Shown here: in pieces, positions 9,737-19,628 of the stretch | Layout: every line of letters starts with the position of its first letter | Numbering within the stretch: position 1 is the first letter of the stretch | Source of the DNA: Candidatus Latescibacterota bacterium | GTDB taxonomy: Bacteria > Latescibacterota > UBA2968 | Direction of reading: 5' to 3' | NCBI GenBank assembly: GCA_965208125.1 | Contig: OZ242320.1 | Location: forward strand, 1,440,001-1,504,000 | Length of the DNA stretch: 64,000 bases | Position numbers and translations under genes: made by a program | Notes under the pieces: model-generated | The model's database searches: none | The model's input: the letters and a program-made list of their open reading frames with translations, nothing else | Told to the model about the DNA's origin: nothing

Positions 9737-11440
9737 TTATGCGCGGAACAACTCGCCCATGCGCCTGCCTAAAAATCGCCCGGCCAAAAACAGACTCACA
9801 ATCAGCAACACCATACCAAAAACACCCATTGCACTGGCCAAATACGCGCCATCTGCAATGCGCCCCATAAGCGCGTAAATCGCTTTTGTGATGGGATAGT
9901 ACTCGTCCTTAAGTGCCAAAATCAAACTATCGCTCACCTCGAGCATTGCAAATGCAAAACACAAAATACCACCAGCCACCAGATTGGCTAAAATCAGCGG
10001 AAATGTAATCTGAAAAAGCGTGCGCAACCGGGACGCCCCCAAATTCTGAGCCGCCTCTTCCAGCGTCACACTCGTCTGCTGAAATCCCGCATACGCCGCG
10101 CGCACCATATAGGGCAACCGCCGCACAGCATAAGCAATAACCAGCAGTGGCACGGGATAGTGTCGCGCATCCAAAAAAGTGCCCGAATACCCTGCCAGAT
10201 ACCCAAAAGCCAGCACCAGACCGGGCAGGGCTAAGGGCAACATCGCCATCGCATCTAAAACGCCCTTATACGGAATGCGCGTACGCGTCAACAAATACGC
10301 AATAGCAATCCCCAACCCAATATCCAGCGTCGTACTCAACACACTCAATATCAAACTCATCTCAATACTGGACAGAGACATCGGATGTTCAAAAACCATC
10401 GCATAAAATCGCCCGGTCGTCTCCTGGGGTAGCACAGCCATAAACCAGCGCTCGGCAATAGACGTCAAAAACACACTCATATGCGGAATCAGAGCAATGC
10501 CCGTAAGCGACAGCATCGCGGCGTAAATCAACACCGTCATCCCGCGAGAAGCGGGGCGCGATCCCGAACTGATATACCCTCGCGCAATCATCTCATAGCG
10601 GCGATTGCCCAGCGTCGCCTTTGACAGATAAAAGAAAAAAACCGTCAACAGCAACACAAAGACAACGAGCGCGTAAGCCATCGGATTTTCGTTAATATCC
10701 TCAATAGAATTAAAAATCTCGACCGCCACGACCTGCCGATAATTAAAAATAAGCGGCGTCCCCAAATCGGTAAACGCCCAGATAAAAACAATAATCGCCC
10801 CGGCAAAATAGCCCGGCAACATCAGCGGAAATGTCACCGTGCGAAAAAGGCGAAACCCGCTACTGCCCATATTGCGCGCCGCCTCTTCCAAACTCGGATC
10901 GACATTGGCCAGAGCAGCGGCCACATTGAGATACATAATGGGATAAAGATGCAGCACCTCTAAAATTACCACACCTACAAAACCACCGCCGCCAAACCAA
11001 TCTACTGGCTGATCGATAAGCCCCAAATCCAGAAGCAGCAAATTGATAGAACCAAAACGCGCAAACATCTGCTTCATGCCAATAGCCCCTACAAACGGGG
11101 GCAAAACCATAGGCACCAGAATCAAACCATTGAGAAACCCTTTGCCCGCAAAATTGTATCGCACCAGCAAAAATGCCAGAGGCAAGCTGAGCAACGTAGT
11201 CGCAATAGTCGTAATCATCCCCAGCCGAAAACTATTGAGAATAGATTCCTGATAGACCGGACTCGTCACCATCAACTCGTAAAACGCAAACGTGAACCTG
11301 CCATCCACCACCAGCGACTGCACAAAAGCATACCACAGAGGATAAAACAAAAAAAAGGCAAAAAAGCCCATCAATCCCACCAGGAAAATGAGCGTGGGCC
11401 AATTGAGATCAAACCGCTTCATCGCGGTCCTCCGCTTCAT
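9737..11440 (-). CDS. ABC transporter permease, FbpB-like (two fused TM domains)
   Basis: Two EAA motifs (LEEAARNMGSS, LEEAAQNLGAS) and many TM helices. Confidence 0.9.
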   Translation of the reverse strand: MKRRTAMKRFDLNWPTLIFLVGLMGFFAFFLFYPLWYAFVQSLVVDGRFTFAFYELMVTSPVYQESILNSFRLGMITTIATTLLSLPLAFLLVRYNFAGKGFLNGLILVPMVLPPFVGAIGMKQMFARFGSINLLLLDLGLIDQPVDWFGGGGFVGVVILEVLHLYPIMYLNVAAALANVDPSLEEAARNMGSSGFRLFRTVTFPLMLPGYFAGAIIVFIWAFTDLGTPLIFNYRQVVAVEIFNSIEDINENPMAYALVVFVLLLTVFFFYLSKATLGNRRYEMIARGYISSGSRPASRGMTVLIYAAMLSLTGIALIPHMSVFLTSIAERWFMAVLPQETTGRFYAMVFEHPMSLSSIEMSLILSVLSTTLDIGLGIAIAYLLTRTRIPYKGVLDAMAMLPLALPGLVLAFGYLAGYSGTFLDARHYPVPLLVIAYAVRRLPYMVRAAYAGFQQTSVTLEEAAQNLGASRLRTLFQITFPLILANLVAGGILCFAFAMLEVSDSLILALKDEYYPITKAIYALMGRIADGAYLASAMGVFGMVLLIVSLFLAGRFLGRRMGELFRA

Positions 11441-12500
11441 CGCGCAATATAACCACTTGCGAAAACCCTATTTGCACCTCATCGCCGGGCTGTACGTGCT
11501 GCATGGTCGCGCCGTACTTAATCAGTTTGACCTGATCCCCACTTGCCAATTCAACAAAAAATTGCTCGACTTCGCCCAGATAAATCGCACGCCGCACCTG
11601 CCCAGAAATGACATTATCTACCGCCCCAGATTCATCTAAAAGAAAATCTATTGCCTCGGGTCGAATCGCGCACAACACCTGATCCCCCACCTCAATACCT
11701 TCATATCCCGCCCGCCCGCGAATATCTCCCACATCTGTTGCAGCAACCAATCCGGATGCCACAGATTTTATCTCCCCGGAAATCAAATTGATCTCGCCAA
11801 TAAAATCCGCGACAAAGCGCGTGAGCGGTTGCCTGTAAACATTCCGTGGCGTACCGATTTGCGCCACCTTGCCCATCTGCATAACCGCAATGCGCTCGCC
11901 CATAGCCAGCGCTTCTTTTTGATCGTGTGTCACATAAATCATCGTAACATCCAGAGTCCGCTGTAAATCCTGTAACTGCTCGCGCATTTCCAACCGCAAT
12001 CGCGCATCCAAATTGGAAAGCGGCTCGTCCAACAACACAACATCCGGTTCTATGACCAGTGCCCGCGCCAGTGCCACGCGCTGTTGCTGCCCCCCCGAAA
12101 GCTGATTGGGCGACCGCTCGGCATAACCGCTCATCTGAACCATTTCCAGAGCGCGCTTCACTTTTTGGTCGCGCTCGTGCTGTGGCATATTGCGCATCGT
12201 AAGGCCGTATTCCACATTTTTCCAAACCGTCATGTGAGGCCACAAGGCATAATTCTGAAACACCATGCCCGTATTGCGCTCGTGCGGAGGCACAGCAGTC
12301 ACATCGCGTTCACCAAAAAGCACTCGGCCCCTCTCGGGCTGCTCAAAACCCGCCAAAATGCGCAGCAATGTGGTTTTGCCACAACCAGAGGGACCCAACA
12401 AAAAAAAGAACTCCCCCGCGTCAATTTCCAGATTGATGCGATCCAATGCCAGAACATTATCAAAACGCTTGGTCACATTTTCCAGCTTAATTCCGAACAT
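11409..12500 (-). CDS. ABC transporter ATP-binding protein (FbpC/PotA-like, TOBE domain)
   Basis: GPSGCGKTT, LSGGQQQRVALARAL, LLDEPLSNLD. Confidence 0.92.
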   Translation of the reverse strand: MFGIKLENVTKRFDNVLALDRINLEIDAGEFFFLLGPSGCGKTTLLRILAGFEQPERGRVLFGERDVTAVPPHERNTGMVFQNYALWPHMTVWKNVEYGLTMRNMPQHERDQKVKRALEMVQMSGYAERSPNQLSGGQQQRVALARALVIEPDVVLLDEPLSNLDARLRLEMREQLQDLQRTLDVTMIYVTHDQKEALAMGERIAVMQMGKVAQIGTPRNVYRQPLTRFVADFIGEINLISGEIKSVASGLVAATDVGDIRGRAGYEGIEVGDQVLCAIRPEAIDFLLDESGAVDNVISGQVRRAIYLGEVEQFFVELASGDQVKLIKYGATMQHVQPGDEVQIGFSQVVILRDEAEDRDEAV

Positions 12501-12512
12501 GTCGCACCCTTT

Positions 12513-13916
12513 TTAATTCCTGCGCAAACGCCATAAATAAGCCACCACACAGCCGGCAATGCCCATAGGGAAAAACAGAGTAATCGCATTGGTGATACGC
12601 ACAGACAAAGGCACGTTGTGAGCACCGTATTTGTCGCGCACAAAATCCGTCCAATCAGCCATTGTCCGATTGCGCATCTCGGCATCTCCCCATGACTGCT
12701 CCAACTTCAGTGCTTCAGCCTCTGAAATGGGAACAGATGACAGCGTCTTGCGTTCTTCTTCTGACACGCCATCTGTCATCGCGTCCTTCCAGGCAGCTTG
12801 CAATGCCCGATGTGAGTCAATGACCATCACGCCAATCAAATCGTTCAACACGCGCCATCGCCCACTGCCTAATTCAGCATTGTATATCAAATCGGAACGC
12901 CATTCAAAGGGATTTAAAGTCACCGCAGCATCACTTTGATAGTGCGTGTACAGATCCGGCAATACGGTAAATCGATTCAACTGCTTTGCGACAGGACCGC
13001 CCGGCACGCCCTTTTTCAAAAACCATAGCTTTTGCCCCGCATTGGACATCACAAATTCCAAAAATACCTGCGCCACCTCCAGATTTGGCGCACCCTTTAA
13101 TATGGCGATACCATCGGGATTGACAATGGTCAAATTGTCGGGCATCACAAAGCCCACGTAGGCATCGCCTACTTCTGCGACTTGTGCCCATGCATAAAAG
13201 TCGATGGACAAACCATAAGCCACTTCGCCCATAGCAACTTCCCTGGGCGCATAAGAGCCACCTTGGCCAAAATTTCGCACATTGGCCCCCATTGTGGTAA
13301 TCACTTCCCATCCTCTTTCCCAGCCATAAGCCTGCAAAATCAATTCATAAGCCATGTGCACGCTGCCACTCTTGCGCGGATCACCCGAACCAACCCACGA
13401 GAACAATTCCGGCGCGCCCAAATCCGCCCAGGTTTGGGGGATAGGCAAATTCAAAATTTCGAGTACGCGCCGATTATACACAATGCCAAAACCGGACAGC
13501 GTTGCACCATACCATTGATAGGCCGAATCGTAAAGCGGAACCCCCCCAATCTGCGCGGGCAATCGATTGAGTGCGGCATCGGACAATCGATAGGGTTGAC
13601 ACAGTCCCCGCTCAGACAAATCCACATAAGGCGTGGTGCCCCCACCAAAAAAGATATCGATGCCAATGCCCTCTGGCGACCGCCCAAATTCCGATTTGAT
13701 ATAACGCAAAATTGCACTCGTACCCGCACCGATATCGAGCCATTCTACCCGCACATCTCGCCCTGTAGTCTTTTGATAAAAAGTCACAAAAGCCAACTCA
13801 AATTCATTTTGGATCTCATCTGAATGCGGCGACATCAGCACCAATTGATCAGCATCGCCTGGCAAAACCAGCAACCCGATAAGAACAAAACAAAAAATGG
13901 CATTGCAATATTTCAT
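12513..13916 (-). CDS. ABC substrate-binding protein (Fe3+/phosphosugar-like cluster D) with C-terminal TM helix
   Basis: ATG at 13916 after GAGGG. Signal peptide, DIFFGGG, DPRKSGS, PDGIAILKGAPN, C-terminal ITLFFPMGIAGCVVAYLWRLRR. Confidence 0.85.
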   Translation of the reverse strand: MKYCNAIFCFVLIGLLVLPGDADQLVLMSPHSDEIQNEFELAFVTFYQKTTGRDVRVEWLDIGAGTSAILRYIKSEFGRSPEGIGIDIFFGGGTTPYVDLSERGLCQPYRLSDAALNRLPAQIGGVPLYDSAYQWYGATLSGFGIVYNRRVLEILNLPIPQTWADLGAPELFSWVGSGDPRKSGSVHMAYELILQAYGWERGWEVITTMGANVRNFGQGGSYAPREVAMGEVAYGLSIDFYAWAQVAEVGDAYVGFVMPDNLTIVNPDGIAILKGAPNLEVAQVFLEFVMSNAGQKLWFLKKGVPGGPVAKQLNRFTVLPDLYTHYQSDAAVTLNPFEWRSDLIYNAELGSGRWRVLNDLIGVMVIDSHRALQAAWKDAMTDGVSEEERKTLSSVPISEAEALKLEQSWGDAEMRNRTMADWTDFVRDKYGAHNVPLSVRITNAITLFFPMGIAGCVVAYLWRLRRN

Positions 13917-13988
13917 AACCGTTGACCCCTCATGTTTAGCATAAAAGTATATAGTATGTGCCTTCTGGTGTGTCAACGTCTTTTTAAA

Positions 13989-14019
13989 TAAAAAAAGCAC
14001 TCTAAATATAGAGTGCTTT
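13989..14019 (-). terminator. Intrinsic terminator
   Basis: AAAGCACTCTA-AATA-TAGAGTGCTTT with an A-run on the left. Confidence 0.65.
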
Positions 14020-14080
14020 GCTTGCAGACCTATTTCCGCTCGTCCTTAAAATCTGTGTCCTCTGGCGATGGAATAAACAG

Positions 14081-15286
14081 TTAATCAGACGTTTCAATAC
14101 GCCCAATTCGATTCCCCTCTGAATCGACAATCCAGACAACACCTCTGGAATCAACGCGCAAGTTTGTGACCTCAACATCATCGTCGGAAATCTCATAGAG
14201 CGTAAACGTTGTATCTTGCAAACTAAAACTGGTCAGCCATCCCGACGATTGTCCACCGACCCACACGCGATCATTCGAATCGACCTGCAAAGCATAAGGA
14301 GACCTCATCTCTTCGGGAAACCGGAAATAGCGCGTTTGTCGGGTTACAAAATCAAACATGCCCAGCCTTGTCGAATCCGTATCTGTAAACCACACCTTCC
14401 CCACTGAATCCAATCCCATTTGTCCAATTGTAAGACTATCATTTGAAACCGAAAAGGTCGTAATCTCTTCGGTATCGGGATCGAGCGTACCCAACAGGCT
14501 TTGCCCGCGATCGACGAACCAGACCTGCCCACTATCATCTATCTGAAGCGAACCAAGCGCGACATCTTGCTCACCAGTTGAATCTTGTTCACCAATTGAA
14601 AATTCTGTTATCGTTTCGGTGGTAGGATCCAACCGGGCAATGCGATCGGCTGCACTCTCGATAAACCAGAGATCTCCTTGATCGTCAAATTTCAAACTCA
14701 CTGGCCGACTGCCCGGAGTCGGAATAGTAAACTCCTGGATATCCCCGGAGAAAGGAGCCAGCACACCAATTCGATTGGCGGCAATTTCAGTAAACCAGAC
14801 GTGTCCCTGACTATCGAGGGTAATACTGTGTGGTTGCGCACCCGTCGTGGTTAAAGAAAACCTGAGAATCATATCTGTGCGCGGCTCTAATCGACCAATT
14901 GCATTGGCCCCCACCTCTGTAAACCATATATACCCTCGTGAGTCAATCGCCAGATCATGTGGCCGGCTATTCGTCAAAAGCTCAAAAAATTCGATCTGAG
15001 CAGAAGCTACTTGCTCCTCGGCCTCCTCGGTAATCGGCACGACGACTTCAGAGGTATCTCTCTGATTGTAAGCACCAGCGAAAATAATGAGATCTTGAAA
15101 ATTAATCACGCCATCTGGGTGCAAATCATACCGCGCTTGATTTGTCCCAAATGCTTCGGTCAGAGCCGCGAGATCTTGCTCATCAACGACGCCATTATCG
15201 TCAAAATCAATATCGATATCTGATTGCGCGTATCCCGAAAGGGGAAAAAGCACAACCAGCACCATAAAGAAAACGTTTCGATACAT
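14081..15286 (-). CDS. Secreted Vgb (virginiamycin B lyase)-like beta-propeller with N-terminal dockerin/EF-hand-like module
   Basis: ATG at 15286 after GGAGG. Signal peptide, DFDDNGVVDEQD / DLHPDGVINFQD, repeated D..G..WFTE..ANRIG blades. Confidence 0.8.
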   Translation of the reverse strand: MYRNVFFMVLVVLFPLSGYAQSDIDIDFDDNGVVDEQDLAALTEAFGTNQARYDLHPDGVINFQDLIIFAGAYNQRDTSEVVVPITEEAEEQVASAQIEFFELLTNSRPHDLAIDSRGYIWFTEVGANAIGRLEPRTDMILRFSLTTTGAQPHSITLDSQGHVWFTEIAANRIGVLAPFSGDIQEFTIPTPGSRPVSLKFDDQGDLWFIESAADRIARLDPTTETITEFSIGEQDSTGEQDVALGSLQIDDSGQVWFVDRGQSLLGTLDPDTEEITTFSVSNDSLTIGQMGLDSVGKVWFTDTDSTRLGMFDFVTRQTRYFRFPEEMRSPYALQVDSNDRVWVGGQSSGWLTSFSLQDTTFTLYEISDDDVEVTNLRVDSRGVVWIVDSEGNRIGRIETSD

Positions 15287-15419
15287 TGAGCCTCCACCGA
15301 CAACTAAATACTCTCCCAAAAAATATATCTATACTAATACGCGCTATTTGTCAAGTATTTTCTACAATTTCAAGTGGTATAAATGCTTTATTATACAATA
15401 TATAGACACGTTTTTTAAT

Positions 15420-16718
15420 TTAGGTCATCTCTTTTAGCAGATTGATCGTCGTTATTTTAATCATATCTTCACACTCCGCACCTATCATCAATGTTCCATA
15501 ATACTTAAACGCTTGTTCGACTTCGTATCCACCAACGGGATAGGCATCCGCAGTCGGAACATATCCAATACACCCATTGGTATATCCCAGTGCGATAGTT
15601 CGATCAAAAGGCGAAGCATCATCTAAAAACAACTGGTAATCGACAAACATCTCCCCCGGGTATCCCACCACTGCCAAATTGCCAATATGCATGGTCTGAA
15701 TCTCAAACGACTCCGTTGGGCTTCCGCTTCTTCTCGCAGCCTGCACATAATCTTTTGCCCACCCGACCATCCCTTCGAATTGTTGGCGGCGTCGGTAGGG
15801 CGTTATATTTTTATCTTCTCGCACGCGTTGCAAATTCGCTGTGGCATCTGCAAGTGCTTTCTCTGCCTCATCGACATCGGGTACCATAAGAGGCAACTCG
15901 ACAACCCGATTATTCACCTCCAAAGCATCGCCTTCTAACATCTCGGCATGCAATGCAGCCGTCACCGTTGCCGCGCCCAGGCGCGTGCCCAACAACTCGC
16001 ACCCCTCAAACTTCCCGTCCTTTGGCGCACAGTTAATATCCCCACAGCAACCCTGTAAAAACAGAGGCATCGCCAAATTATCCCTCACAAATTGCGCGGC
16101 ATATCCCGGAAACTCTGCACTGATCGACAGCGCATTTAAATTCACGGGATGCGCCGCAGTCGCAAATACAACAGCCACAGGTACACCGCCTGCTGTATCC
16201 ACGCGCACCACATCAACCCATGGTGCTTCGGGACCTTTGGGATGATGGCCCAGCACAATGCGTCCATCGCGCATCTCCCTGCGGTTATGTGCAATACGCA
16301 CGGGTGCTCGCCCATGCAAAAGCGATGCGGGTATCAATCCTTCTACCGCCATTTTAATTGCCCCAACAACCTTGCGACACAACACATCTTCATAAGCTGC
16401 ATCGCGGTCGCCCATACATCGGAAAGCCATCACAGAGGGTCCCGAATGGGAATGAGACCCATTGAGCAAAATATGTCCCCCGGGAATCCCGACCGAATGC
16501 TCGACTATCTCCCGGATCCGATTGACCAGATCCGGTGCAAAACTAATCACATCAGCCCCCACAATTGCGACCTGCGTCTTGCCGTCATCCAGCACCAGTA
16601 CCCTGGCGTACAACTCGTCGTGTATCGCCTCGGATGGCCCTTCGCGCGCGGCAAATCCGCACATCGAAACGCCCACCGGCGGCGTGATATTCACCTCTGA
16701 AATCCCTGCTTTTATCAT
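15420..16718 (-). CDS. Neutral/alkaline ceramidase-like N-terminal domain hydrolase
   Basis: GISEVNITPP, HDELYARVLVL, SHSHSGP, FLQGCCGDIN, PGEMF, GYVPT. Confidence 0.8.
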   Translation of the reverse strand: MIKAGISEVNITPPVGVSMCGFAAREGPSEAIHDELYARVLVLDDGKTQVAIVGADVISFAPDLVNRIREIVEHSVGIPGGHILLNGSHSHSGPSVMAFRCMGDRDAAYEDVLCRKVVGAIKMAVEGLIPASLLHGRAPVRIAHNRREMRDGRIVLGHHPKGPEAPWVDVVRVDTAGGVPVAVVFATAAHPVNLNALSISAEFPGYAAQFVRDNLAMPLFLQGCCGDINCAPKDGKFEGCELLGTRLGAATVTAALHAEMLEGDALEVNNRVVELPLMVPDVDEAEKALADATANLQRVREDKNITPYRRRQQFEGMVGWAKDYVQAARRSGSPTESFEIQTMHIGNLAVVGYPGEMFVDYQLFLDDASPFDRTIALGYTNGCIGYVPTADAYPVGGYEVEQAFKYYGTLMIGAECEDMIKITTINLLKEMT

Positions 16719-16738
16719 GTTATACTCCTTTCACACGC

Positions 16739-17746
16739 CTAAAATTTCCCTGTTCTCGACTCGTATTTTGTCGGTTTGCCCAGCGTGCGACCATCGCTCA
16801 TAACCCAGTGTGCAACCCACGAGACAATTTCTTCAACAGAAACCCGCGGTGACCCCATCTCCTCAAACAGCACCCCTGCATCGCCCAACAGCGCAGTCTC
16901 GCTCTCTTCGCCTTCAAACACGGGATCAATACCAAAACACTCGCCCAGTTGCAGAGCCAAATTGCGCACCGACAACACATCCCTACCCGTCATATTCACC
17001 ACCCGTGCGGGACATGCACAAAGCGGAAACATCCGCGCCAAATACGCATTCGCATCGCCCTGCCATATCTGATTGACATGACCCATAGACAGATCAATAG
17101 GTGTCTCGGATTTAATCTTCTCGGCAATATCCAAAATGATGCCATAGCGCAACTCAGTCGCGTAAAACAAACGCACAATTGCCAGAGGCGTTTGATTCTC
17201 TTTGCAATAAAACTCGGCAAGCCGTTCACCGCCCAGCCGGGACATGGCGTATTCGCCAATTGGATCGACAGCAGCATCCTCCTGAGCACCCGAATCCGTC
17301 ACCGAAGCAAATTCGTAAACATTGCCAGAAGACACATAAACAACGCGCGAATCTGGAAACTGTTGCATAACCTTTGCGGGCAATACCGCATTCATCGCCC
17401 AGGTCAAAGGCTCATTGCCCGTTGCCCCAAACTTATGTCCGGCCATCAAATAGAGATACGGCACGCGAGGCAACTGCGCCAGTCCCTCATAGTCCAGCAA
17501 ATCGCACTTGATCGTCGAAATACCCCGCGCCTCCAGATCATCGCGATCCAGCGGATTGGAAAACCGCGACACGCCAATCACCTCATCCGCGCCAGCACGC
17601 AGCAGCAACTCTGATAGCGTCGGTCCCATCTTTCCCGCGATACCCAAAATCATCACGGGACCATCTAACTTTGACACAGCCTCGACCACCTCGGACGATG
17701 GGGTCGTCATCTGATCGATCAATTCTTCTTCTGTTTTAATCACCAT
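16739..17746 (-). CDS. NAD-dependent epimerase/dehydratase family protein
   Basis: ILGIAGKMG, SSGNVY, EYAMSRLGGER. Confidence 0.8.
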   Translation of the reverse strand: MVIKTEEELIDQMTTPSSEVVEAVSKLDGPVMILGIAGKMGPTLSELLLRAGADEVIGVSRFSNPLDRDDLEARGISTIKCDLLDYEGLAQLPRVPYLYLMAGHKFGATGNEPLTWAMNAVLPAKVMQQFPDSRVVYVSSGNVYEFASVTDSGAQEDAAVDPIGEYAMSRLGGERLAEFYCKENQTPLAIVRLFYATELRYGIILDIAEKIKSETPIDLSMGHVNQIWQGDANAYLARMFPLCACPARVVNMTGRDVLSVRNLALQLGECFGIDPVFEGEESETALLGDAGVLFEEMGSPRVSVEEIVSWVAHWVMSDGRTLGKPTKYESRTGKF

Positions 17747-17839
17747 AGTCGTTCTCTCCGTTCTATTCTCTTGACTTCTATGCCATCAAATAATAGGTTT
17801 GGGGCACAATCACAACGAACCTCAAGGCACAATAAATTT

Positions 17840-19615
17840 ATGGCCTTTATCAAACAAATCTACGACCTGCTCGAAGGTCGCCGTCTCTTTATGGCATGCT
17901 GCATCGCCTGTGGACTTATCTTTGCAGCAGCCAATCTGATTCCACCACTGCTCATTCGCAAACTCATCCAGTGGCTCACCGAAGCAAAACCCGCAGGAGA
18001 CCTCATAGAAGTCAGCCTCTTACTCCTTGGAATTTACCTGCTTCGCGGTATCTCCCGCTACGGTTATGGCTTCTTTTCCCACGTCACCGCCTATCGCGTG
18101 ATGCACGCACTTATGACGCGCGTGTACAAGCACCTGCAAAACCTGTCCCATAGCTTTTTCAATCGCCAGCGCACCGGCAATCTCATGGCCCGCTCCATCA
18201 ACGACATCGAAGCCATCGAAGACTTTATTGCACACGGCATTCCCGAAACCGCGCTCGCCACGGTTATCCCCATATCCATGGTCGCCGTACTCTTTTACCT
18301 CAACCCAGAACTCGCCCTCATCGCCATATTGCCCATTCCGCCCACGGCATTTCTCGTATATCGCTATGTATCCAAAGTGCGCGCCATGTGGCATGCAGTG
18401 CGCGAGCGGCTCTCCGAACTCGCCGCCCTCGTACAGGATAACATGTCGGGCATTGCCGTCATCAAATCATTTGCTCGCGAGCGGGAATGCGCCCACCAGG
18501 TAACACACCGCAGCGCCACCTTTCACGACCGCTTGATCAAAGCCAACACAGTCTCGCTCCTGCCCGCCGGCATCATCGAAGCCACAGGAGGACTGGGCAT
18601 TGTACTCGTCATCTGGAGCGGTGGCAACATGGCCCTCAGCGACAGCATCTCGGTAGCTGACCTATTTGTCTTTATCGTCTATATGGGCCACATCTACCAG
18701 CCTTTTTTGCAACTGGCATCTTTTAACGATGTATTGCAAAAAGCCGCCGCCAGCACAGACCGCGTTTTTCAACTCCTCGCCATCCGTCCGGAAATTACCG
18801 ACGCGCCCGGTGTAACTGCGCCCAAAACCATCACCTATGATATCGACATCGACGCACTCACCTTCGGCTATGATCCCAACACACCCGTCTTGCACGACAT
18901 CGACCTGTACATTGATGAAGGAGATATTCTCGCACTCGTCGGACCCACGGGAGCCGGCAAATCAACCCTTGCCAATCTCTTGCCCAGATTTTATGACCCC
19001 CAACAGGGCGCGATTCGCATTGGTGGATATGACCTGCGCGACCTGCCCCTCTCTTTTGTGCGCCAAAACATCGCCTCAGTCCTTCAAGACGTCTTCTTAT
19101 TTCACGGCACAGTATATGAAAATCTGATCTTCGGTCATCCAGATTCGACCGAACGCATGGTGCGAAAAGCCGCACAAGCAGCCAATGCCCATGCTTTTAT
19201 CCGCGACCTGCCCAAAGGATATGACACCGTCATTGGAGAACGCGGCGTGCGCCTATCCGGCGGTGAAAAACAACGCCTCTCCATAGCTCGAGCACTGCTT
19301 AAGGACGCCCCCATCCTCATCCTTGACGAAGCCACATCCTCTGTTGACGTTGAAACCGAAGCACTTATTCAAGAAGCCCTTTATCGCCTCACGCAAAACC
19401 GCACCACCCTCGTCATTGCCCACCGCCTCTCCACCGTGCGCCGGTCGCCTGCCATTGCTGTACTCGACAAAGGGCGCGTAGTCGAAACGGGCAATCACCG
19501 TTCCCTCATCGACCGCGATGGCCTCTATGCGCGCATGGTTCGGGCGCAAGACCTCACGCGCAATGGAGAAATACTATCGCGAGTTGCAACCCGCGAGTCG
19601 CAGGTCGCGGATTGA
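17840..19615 (+). CDS. ABC exporter, fused permease/ATPase (MsbA/MdlB-like)
   Basis: N-terminal TM domain, GPTGAGKST, LSGGEKQR, ILDEATSSVD. Start chosen at MAFIKQ. Confidence 0.9.
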   Translation: MAFIKQIYDLLEGRRLFMACCIACGLIFAAANLIPPLLIRKLIQWLTEAKPAGDLIEVSLLLLGIYLLRGISRYGYGFFSHVTAYRVMHALMTRVYKHLQNLSHSFFNRQRTGNLMARSINDIEAIEDFIAHGIPETALATVIPISMVAVLFYLNPELALIAILPIPPTAFLVYRYVSKVRAMWHAVRERLSELAALVQDNMSGIAVIKSFARERECAHQVTHRSATFHDRLIKANTVSLLPAGIIEATGGLGIVLVIWSGGNMALSDSISVADLFVFIVYMGHIYQPFLQLASFNDVLQKAAASTDRVFQLLAIRPEITDAPGVTAPKTITYDIDIDALTFGYDPNTPVLHDIDLYIDEGDILALVGPTGAGKSTLANLLPRFYDPQQGAIRIGGYDLRDLPLSFVRQNIASVLQDVFLFHGTVYENLIFGHPDSTERMVRKAAQAANAHAFIRDLPKGYDTVIGERGVRLSGGEKQRLSIARALLKDAPILILDEATSSVDVETEALIQEALYRLTQNRTTLVIAHRLSTVRRSPAIAVLDKGRVVETGNHRSLIDRDGLYARMVRAQDLTRNGEILSRVATRESQVAD

Positions 19616-19628
19616 CGCGACCTCCCGC

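Noticed and set aside
14063-14090. GGCGATGG resembling a fluoride riboswitch 5' end
   Set aside because: No GTTCGCC pairing partner, no 3' motif and no downstream + strand gene.
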